Part shown: positions 23,815-29,545 of the stretch, in pieces
Numbering within the stretch: the stretch's first letter is position 1
How the letters are laid out: each line of letters begins with the position of its first letter
DNA from: an uncultured Candidatus Saccharibacteria bacterium
GTDB lineage: Bacteria; Patescibacteriota; Saccharimonadia; Saccharimonadales; CAIOMD01
Reading direction: 5' to 3'
Assembly (NCBI GenBank): GCA_964426305.1
Contig: CAYRPO010000002.1
Span: 1 to 33,146 of the forward strand
DNA: 33,146 bases
The notes under the pieces: generated by a model
Told to the model about the DNA's origin: nothing
The model's input: only the letters and a program-made list of their open reading frames with translations
Databases searched by the model: none
Made by a program: the position numbers and the translations under genes

Positions 23815-24315
23815 TTAGCTCTCTTCAAATAGCGATAAGTCGCGGTCAACAGAAACTATCGTAAATGTTGATTTTTGATTAACAGAAACTACGTCGCCAG
23901 GTTTTTTGCCAAGAAGCGCAGCTCCAAGCGGTGTGTCATAACTGATTGTTCCATTGTCAGGTTTTCCTTCGCCGTGGCCAACGATTGTCCAAGTTTTTTG
24001 TATCCCTTTATTTGAGAGTAATTCGACGATTGATCCGATCCAAACTTCGTCGACAGGTCGTTCGCATACTGAATCTGTGTCCAGTATCACCGCTGCGTCT
24101 AAAATGCCTTGTATGCGATTCCTGCTAGTAGGAATTTCAAATTGTACTTCTGCGCGGTGTTGTTTGAACTCGGTATTTTCAGGCAAGTCTGGATCTCGGC
24201 GGGCTGCTTCGCCAATGAGACGAAACAATTCTTTTTGTCGCGCATTAAGCATTTCAAGTTGCGTGTCTAGCAGCTCGCGGCCTCTTGGTGTTAGGTATAA
24301 AGATGAATCGGACAT
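23815..24315 (-). CDS. greA: Transcript cleavage factor GreA family
   Basis: LTPRGRELL..., coiled-coil tip DLPENTEF (acidic D/E pair retained), and a C-terminal domain ISYDTPLGAALLGKKPGDVV. The track start at 24333 is TTG, so the ATG at 24315 is preferred. Confidence 0.85.
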   Translation of the reverse strand: MSDSSLYLTPRGRELLDTQLEMLNARQKELFRLIGEAARRDPDLPENTEFKQHRAEVQFEIPTSRNRIQGILDAAVILDTDSVCERPVDEVWIGSIVELLSNKGIQKTWTIVGHGEGKPDNGTISYDTPLGAALLGKKPGDVVSVNQKSTFTIVSVDRDLSLFEES

Positions 24316-24486
24316 CTGAGTATTATTCCACAATAATTAAATTATGTAAATATTATTATAGAATAGTCATATTTGAAGTATTGTATATAATCTGCATCAC
24401 ACATTTTGACTGTAAATAAAGAAAAATAGTTCCAGTGCTGCTGCATGTTTTGTGACCCAGACTTATCATTTTTACCTACACTAAAA

Positions 24487-24549
24487 AGGTCTCGTTCGGG
24501 GCCGTGCCAGTCAACGGGTGTTGACACGGTACGGCCCACGACGAGACCT
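24487..24549 (-). terminator. Long GC-rich hairpin followed by TTTTT on the minus strand
   Basis: Three stacked stem segments: AGGTCTCGT/ACGAGACCT, GGGCCGT/ACGGCCC and GTCAAC/GTTGAC. The loop is GGGT. It lies 11 nt downstream of the small-ORF stop. Confidence 0.65.
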
Positions 24550-24559
24550 GTAGCGAGGG

Positions 24560-24715
24560 TTAATCAACGAATTCGGGCTCTACTTCGTTCCGCCATCTGC
24601 GAACGAACTCGCGCCATTTGCGCCTATCTCCTTCGCCCCACGCCCATTTGCGATACCAGCGTCCAGCATGCTTGTCCCTTTGCGGAGTTACCTGGGGACG
24701 ATTCTTACGTGACAT
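24560..24715 (-). CDS. Unannotated 51-aa Trp/Arg-rich small protein
   Basis: Hand translation gives MSRKNRPQVTPQRDKHAGRWYRKWAWGEGDRRKWREFVRRWRNEVEPEFVD, then TAA (24562-24560). SD GAGAGGA lies 10 nt upstream and the terminator hairpin immediately downstream. It is below the 60-aa cutoff of the ORF track. Confidence 0.6.
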   Translation of the reverse strand: MSRKNRPQVTPQRDKHAGRWYRKWAWGEGDRRKWREFVRRWRNEVEPEFVD

Positions 24716-24775
24716 GGTCTTGTCATCCTCTCGTATGTCAGCTCAGCTGTCGCGAGCATCGCGTGTAGTACACAT

Positions 24776-24803
24776 AGTATATAACACCTGTAGGATATGG
24801 CAA
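24776..24803 (-). promoter_or_regulatory. Candidate promoter TTGCCA-16 nt-TATACT for the small ORF
   Basis: Minus-strand TTGCCA (24803-24798), a 16-nt spacer, then TATACT (24781-24776). It lies about 60 nt upstream of ATG 24715. Confidence 0.4.
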
Positions 24804-24899
24804 GACGGGCAAAAGTTGGCCTGCCGAAAATTGACGAGATTATGAAAAAGTGATACGGTATAAGACATTCGTTCCCTACGACAAAAGAGGTGAAAACGC

Positions 24900-25394
24900 A
24901 TGAACCTTGTGCTTGCAAAGGCCGTCGGAAAAGCAGCGCTCGTAAGCCCGCCTGTCAAGTGGGCATGTTCGTTGGCATTTGTGGTAACCATGCTCGATGT
25001 GCTCGCCGGCAGAGACATCCACGGCGTGGATGGCATGGCTGGGACATTTGCATACTACGTGCTACTGTACCTGCCGTTGACGTTCGTGCTGTCGGTCTGC
25101 CTATGGGCAGCGCAGTATATGTGTTCACGCAGAATCAGCATGCCGTGGCAGTCAAGAAACGGCAGTTACATACTGCTTGTTGGGCTTTTCTTGCCCCTCT
25201 TGCCGTGGACCATAGAAAGCATGTGGGCCTTTGGTCACTCCGAAGGTGTGCAACATTACCAAGAGCTGCTGATGTCAACATCGCACCCTGGAGCAATCCT
25301 TGTGGGGTACGCGGGCCATCCGACCATCATCTATGCCATGATGGTGCTGATGGCGTGCAGTATGACGTACGCCATGCGATCTATTGTGGACTAG
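24900..25394 (+). CDS. Hypothetical polytopic membrane protein (164 aa)
   Basis: ATG preceded by AAAGAGGTG. Four to five hydrophobic helices. The overlapping 197-aa Arg-rich ORF (24890..25483) looks like a shadow frame. Confidence 0.7.
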   Translation: MNLVLAKAVGKAALVSPPVKWACSLAFVVTMLDVLAGRDIHGVDGMAGTFAYYVLLYLPLTFVLSVCLWAAQYMCSRRISMPWQSRNGSYILLVGLFLPLLPWTIESMWAFGHSEGVQHYQELLMSTSHPGAILVGYAGHPTIIYAMMVLMACSMTYAMRSIVD

Positions 25395-25401
25395 CGGGAC
25401 G

Positions 25402-25438
25402 AAAACACCCCCGGGCTCATGTGGCCCAGGGGTGTTTT
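25402..25438. terminator. Bidirectional intrinsic terminator (AAAACACCCC...GGGGTGTTTT)
   Basis: 10-bp outer stem plus inner GGGC/GCCC. A T-run (tttttctttttt) follows on the plus strand. It lies between convergent stops 25394 and 25456. Confidence 0.75.
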
Positions 25439-25455
25439 TCTTTTTTGCTTAGGGT

Positions 25456-26667
25456 TTACTTTTCTATGAAGGTCAGCGCATAGCCGGTGCGTCCGGCACG
25501 GCCGGCACGGCCGATGCGATGCGTGTAATCTTCGTAGGTTTTTGGTGTCGCGTAGTTGATGACGTGTGTGATGTCGACAACGTCAATTCCGCGAGCGGCT
25601 ACATCGGTAGCTACCAGTACGTTGATCTCGCTGGCTTTGAAACGATTGAGGGCGCGCTGGCGCTGGCCCTGGCTCTTGCCGCCATGGATTGCATCTACCT
25701 TAAAACCGCGAGCTTCTAGCTCTTTGCTGAGTCGTTCGACGCTGCGCTGGGTGTCGTCAAAGATCACTGTCTTGACAACGTATTCACTGACGAGCGTGTC
25801 GTGCAGCTTTTCGATCTTGTCTTCGCGCCCGTTGTAGGTAACGATGTCTTGTTCGACATTGTCACTGGTATCGCTGGTTTTGACCGAGATGTTTACGGGG
25901 TTGCTGCTAAAACTGTCGATAAGTGTTCGGACGCTACGGTCCATAGTTGCCGAAAAGAAGAACGACTGTCGTTCGGGTTGCATCTGGCCCAAAATGTGCC
26001 GCATGTCATGGATGAAGCCCATGTCAAGCATGCGGTCAACTTCGTCTAGGACAACGGTATTAAAGCCACCGAGGTCTAGGCTGCCGCGCTCCATGTGGTC
26101 CTTGATACGGCCGGGGGTGCCAATGATGACACGAGGCCGGTCGCGCAAATCGCGGAGCTGTGGTCCCATGGCGGTGCCGCCAATAAGCAGAGTACCCCAT
26201 AGGCCGCTTCCCTTGCCGATCCACTTGAATTCGTCAAGAATCTGCTGGGCAAGCTCACGTGTTGGTGCCATAATTAGCGCCTTGGCACGTGGGTCGTTCA
26301 TAAGTCGGTCGAGCACGGGAATCGCGAAGGCTACTGTTTTACCAGTGCCGGTGTTAGCAATGCCAACTATGTCGCTGCCTGTCAGCCCAACAGGAATGGA
26401 CTGGTCTTGAATTGGTGATGGGTTGGTGTAGCCTTTGGTTTGAATATTTTGCTTTAGTATGTCATGCATAGCAAAGTCGGCAAACGTATGCATCGGTGCA
26501 TATTCTTCGGTTGCGACTGGCTTTGCAGGTTTTACGAAACGTGAAGGATGAATATTGTCCTTCTTCATTTTGTTGCCACCGCCACTGCGACCGCTGTTAC
26601 CGCCACCGAAGCGACGACGAGTGCTTGAACCGCCAAACGAGCGGCGATGAGTAGATGTATACGGCAT
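25456..26667 (-). CDS. DEAD-box ATP-dependent RNA helicase with N-terminal Arg/Gly-rich tail
   Basis: From ATG 26667 (SD AGAAAGAGGA): Q motif ...PSPIQ, ANTGTGKT, VLDEVD, SAT, ARGID and HRIGRAGRAG. The N-terminal 45 aa are RRRFGGGNSGRSGGG-like. Confidence 0.9.
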   Translation of the reverse strand: MPYTSTHRRSFGGSSTRRRFGGGNSGRSGGGNKMKKDNIHPSRFVKPAKPVATEEYAPMHTFADFAMHDILKQNIQTKGYTNPSPIQDQSIPVGLTGSDIVGIANTGTGKTVAFAIPVLDRLMNDPRAKALIMAPTRELAQQILDEFKWIGKGSGLWGTLLIGGTAMGPQLRDLRDRPRVIIGTPGRIKDHMERGSLDLGGFNTVVLDEVDRMLDMGFIHDMRHILGQMQPERQSFFFSATMDRSVRTLIDSFSSNPVNISVKTSDTSDNVEQDIVTYNGREDKIEKLHDTLVSEYVVKTVIFDDTQRSVERLSKELEARGFKVDAIHGGKSQGQRQRALNRFKASEINVLVATDVAARGIDVVDITHVINYATPKTYEDYTHRIGRAGRAGRTGYALTFIEK

Positions 26668-26865
26668 AAAAAAGAATCCTCTTTCTAGTGTTTTTAGGTT
26701 AGTACCGATTGCCAAAAATGAAAATCGGATACCTCGCCTACACTAAAAAACCCGGATTCATTTCTTTCAATGCAATTATCTTAGCATAAAAACTTTTAAA
26801 ATGCAACCAACTCGTACTCATCCAAGACCTTTACAAAAACAAAAGCATTTACAGGGGTGATTTTG

Positions 26866-26894
26866 TTGACAGTGTACTAAAATGCTCGCATACT
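26866..26894 (+). promoter_or_regulatory. Candidate promoter TTGACA-17 nt-CATACT
   Basis: TTGACA at 26866-26871 and CATACT at 26889-26894 (alternatively TACTAT at 26891-26896). It lies 60 nt upstream of ATG 26954. Confidence 0.45.
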
Positions 26895-26953
26895 ATATGC
26901 ACGTTCATGGCGTTCGCCACTGAATAGCCCCTACGAGTTTCCTGGGAGTCCAC

Positions 26954-27628
26954 ATGTCTAACTCAGACAACGAAACACAACCGCTGCCTGTCGAAGACGA
27001 AGAAGATGTGACTGTATCGTCAGACGATACACAAGACATTCCTGTCGTGCGTATGGGTGCGGCTGACGAGTACTTTCGGCCACAAGCAGTAGAGCCGCCA
27101 GATTTTGTCGTGAAGGCACTCGACAAGCAACAGGGCATGGTGTACCTGTTCTCGGAACAGAGAAGTAAGTGGGTACTGGTGTCGCCGATCTGTGTCATGG
27201 TCTTGGCTGTGGTCGGGTCTTGCTGGTTCTATGCAAACGGCAACCCAACAGGCGCCCTTGTGTACATCCCGCTACTTCTCGTAGCCCTTGCCGGCTACGA
27301 CCTGTTCAGTCAGTGGTTCCGGTGGCGCTACACGTGGTTCCTGTTCACATACAACACCGAATCGCGCAAATTGCATCTGCGCAAGGCCAGAAGCGTTCCG
27401 ACACTTTTGCGCTTCATCTTTGGTGACGACGAGATCAATGCAGCTGAATACAAAGACCTAAAGGTGAATACCTTTAGGGGTGGCGTCATCGATGGCCTTT
27501 TTGATCTAGTGAGCTATAAGTCGGACACCGCTGCGCAGCGGACAGACGAATGGCTCAAGGACATGCAGCACTTGCGCAATGGCAAGTACTTCAGAAAGCT
27601 CATGACGTGGGCCGGCCAGCAGGCATAA
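26954..27628 (+). CDS. Hypothetical membrane protein (acidic N-terminus, two central TM helices)
   Basis: SD GGGAG. The N-terminus has DNETQPLPVEDEEDVTVSSDD, and the TM pair is VLVSPICVMVLAVVGSCWFY / LVYIPLLLVALAGYDLF. Two TM helices plus a soluble C-domain is reminiscent of bacterial PH-like (YdbT/DUF304) proteins, unverified. Confidence 0.7.
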   Translation: MSNSDNETQPLPVEDEEDVTVSSDDTQDIPVVRMGAADEYFRPQAVEPPDFVVKALDKQQGMVYLFSEQRSKWVLVSPICVMVLAVVGSCWFYANGNPTGALVYIPLLLVALAGYDLFSQWFRWRYTWFLFTYNTESRKLHLRKARSVPTLLRFIFGDDEINAAEYKDLKVNTFRGGVIDGLFDLVSYKSDTAAQRTDEWLKDMQHLRNGKYFRKLMTWAGQQA

Positions 27629-27634
27629 TAAATT

Positions 27635-27674
27635 GGTGGGGCCAGGCGAAGTATATACTTTGCCTGGCCCCACC
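27635..27674 (+). terminator. Hairpin GGTGGGGCCAGGC-14 nt-GCCTGGCCCCACC followed by T6
   Basis: 13-bp perfect GC-rich stem whose loop is itself palindromic (AAGTATATACTT). The T-run starts 7 nt after the stem. Confidence 0.6.
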
Positions 27675-27762
27675 CAGTACTTTTTTGAACGACCAGAGCA
27701 TGGTAACTACGTTACGTGTTGTGGTTGTATCGCAAAGGTAATGCATGTTAGCAATCCTAAAC

Positions 27763-27870
27763 ACTGAAACTTTTCAGTACTTGGGGTTGCCCGGACCTAC
27801 TCGATTTTTCAGACGAGTAGGTCCGGTATCGACGTTTCGTAGTCGATTCCGCCCGCATGGCATGCGGGCG
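27763..27870. other. Cluster of four consecutive hairpins downstream of the T4SS-like operon
   Basis: Hairpins: ACTGAAA/TTTCAGT (27763-27778); CCGGACCTACTCG/CGAGTAGGTCCGG (27791-27826); ATCGAC/GTCGAT (27828-27847); CGCCCGCATG/CATGCGGGCG (27850-27870). None has a clear U-tract. Confidence 0.5.
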
Positions 27871-27880
27871 ACGTGTGTTG

Positions 27881-29353
27881 CTATGCGGCAACACCAACCT
27901 GAACTGAGCCAAGCTCTCGCAGCCGGGCTTGGATGTGTGGCAAGGTACTTACTGCAACACGGTCGGTGGCGACTTCATTTGCTGCATTGGTCTGTACCAA
28001 CGGTATTTCACTTGGCAACAGCACGTGCCTGACCCACATCATTTTCTGGCCAGGCACCAAGACCCCCCACTCTCCCACGCCGAGCTGGGTGGTGTACCAA
28101 GCATCGGCGTCGGAAGCGCCGCGCCGCGTGATTGCGTGCAGCGTGCTATCGTCTTGCTCCTGCCTGCCATATAAGCGCATACCAATGCTTCGACTCAGGC
28201 TCTGGCCAAGACCTCGCAACTCGCTGTCTTCGGCACCGACCATGGTGAAGTCGGCTTCGTTGTGCGAGACCATAATTTCGGTCCCGGGGTAGCTTCGCTG
28301 CTTGCGCAGCTTGGTATCACGAGCACGGGCATGCGCGAGGTCCTTGATTGCACTGTGCACCTCGTCGCTGGCTGTAACATTGGGGCTAAGCCTCATGTCC
28401 CATCGTTCCAACGCTGCAGCATCCCAGCGTGCGAGCTGTGCTTCAAGGATTGCGCCTGGCTTGCCTGTCACCCCCGTCCAGTCTAGATTGACCATGGGGA
28501 GCGACAAGAGGTCGTACAGGCTTCTGTTGCCGCCAAAAAGCTTACCGTAGTCCGCACGCAGTAGCTGTCCTATGATGGCGCTAAAACTGCCAGCTCCCTC
28601 CCGGAACTTTTGCTCGTCGATATTGTGCGGACGAGCAATTGCCAAGCGTAGCTGGTCAGCCAGCAGTTCATTCTCGGCACACTCTTGCGTGTATCGATGT
28701 AGTACCTCGCTGTTGCTTGCCTCGTAGTACCGATCCAAATCGGTCATGTCCAGGCCGCGTGCCTTAACTTCTAGAACCTCTGGCGAGGCAATGTCGGCAA
28801 GGTCTTTCAGCATGGTGTACACGGCAACCTGTGCTGCAAGCGTCTGATACGTGTCTAGACGTTTGCCGGTAATTGTCGTGGCGACGCCGATTGCCGTCTC
28901 TAGAATGTCCCACTCTGTCATGCCCATGAGCGGGTCAAACAAGTTGATCGAACCTTGCTCGATCAACTTGACCGTGTCGGCAAGCAGAAAGTCGGCAACA
29001 TCGGCATTCTCGCCGCGTCCCTTATTGGGCTTGCGGTCGTGCATGCGCGCTGTGGCCTCTCGGGGCAGGCCCGTCACAGGATCTGGCCCGCTTTGCAGTG
29101 CTAAAAGTCGCAAGACGAGCGACTTTACCAGTGCGGACTTACCATGTCCAATTTGGCCAAGAATCAGAAGCGTGCAGACATTGATGATGTCAAGCTTCTT
29201 GAGCAGCTGTGGGTCGATGAACACGACTTGACCTGTGCGCATCTCGAAGCCAAAGAACGCGCCAGAATCTAGCCAGCGTGGTGTTGTGCACCATGGCTGC
29301 ATCTTTGCCATTACACTGGCATCGCCCTTGAAAAACTTTCTGCTACTTCCCAT
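27881..29353 (-). CDS. VirB4-type (T4SS) P-loop ATPase domain protein, no TM segment
   Basis: Walker A ILGQIGHGKSALV, Walker B-like VTASDEVHSAI, then RSYPGTEIMVSHNEADF (the VirB4 RK..hhh.tQ..sD-like region). SD GAAGGGGA. Confidence 0.7.
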   Translation of the reverse strand: MGSSRKFFKGDASVMAKMQPWCTTPRWLDSGAFFGFEMRTGQVVFIDPQLLKKLDIINVCTLLILGQIGHGKSALVKSLVLRLLALQSGPDPVTGLPREATARMHDRKPNKGRGENADVADFLLADTVKLIEQGSINLFDPLMGMTEWDILETAIGVATTITGKRLDTYQTLAAQVAVYTMLKDLADIASPEVLEVKARGLDMTDLDRYYEASNSEVLHRYTQECAENELLADQLRLAIARPHNIDEQKFREGAGSFSAIIGQLLRADYGKLFGGNRSLYDLLSLPMVNLDWTGVTGKPGAILEAQLARWDAAALERWDMRLSPNVTASDEVHSAIKDLAHARARDTKLRKQRSYPGTEIMVSHNEADFTMVGAEDSELRGLGQSLSRSIGMRLYGRQEQDDSTLHAITRRGASDADAWYTTQLGVGEWGVLVPGQKMMWVRHVLLPSEIPLVQTNAANEVATDRVAVSTLPHIQARLRELGSVQVGVAA

Positions 29354-29482
29354 GACACATCCCCTTCGGGTGGATTGTGGGCGAACGTTTCATAACTTTG
29401 GTTGTTAAGGGATTCGGAGGTGATGTTTCGCGCACCTCAACAACGCGTCAAACACATGTAACATGTTGTTGAGATGTGAGAT

Positions 29483-29522
29483 CCCCAGAGGAGGTGCGGC
29501 TTTCGCTGCGCCTCCTCTGGGG
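29483..29522. other. Strong hairpin in the spacer between the two VirB4-like halves
   Basis: CCCCAGAGGAGGTGCG / TGCGCCTCCTCTGGGG: 15 Watson-Crick pairs plus one G.U. Two further, mutually exclusive hairpins lie at 29417-29438 and 29436-29473. Confidence 0.6.
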
Positions 29523-29545
29523 TAGTACCTCACAAACAATCACAA

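Noticed and set aside
10044-25438. The shared AAAACACCCC(C)...GGGGGTGTTTT core of the terminators at 10044-10082 and 25402-25438 as a dispersed repeat
   Set aside because: The similarity is limited to the A-run/C-run stem that any strong bidirectional terminator of this style would have. The loops and flanks differ, so it is probably convergence of terminator design rather than a mobile repeat.
24890-25483. 197-aa ORF overlapping the 164-aa membrane-protein ORF and running through the terminator
   Set aside because: The product is Arg/Ala/Cys-rich and of low complexity, as is typical of an off-frame reading of G+C-rich coding DNA. It has no SD and extends through the hairpin at 25402-25438 into the convergent helicase gene.
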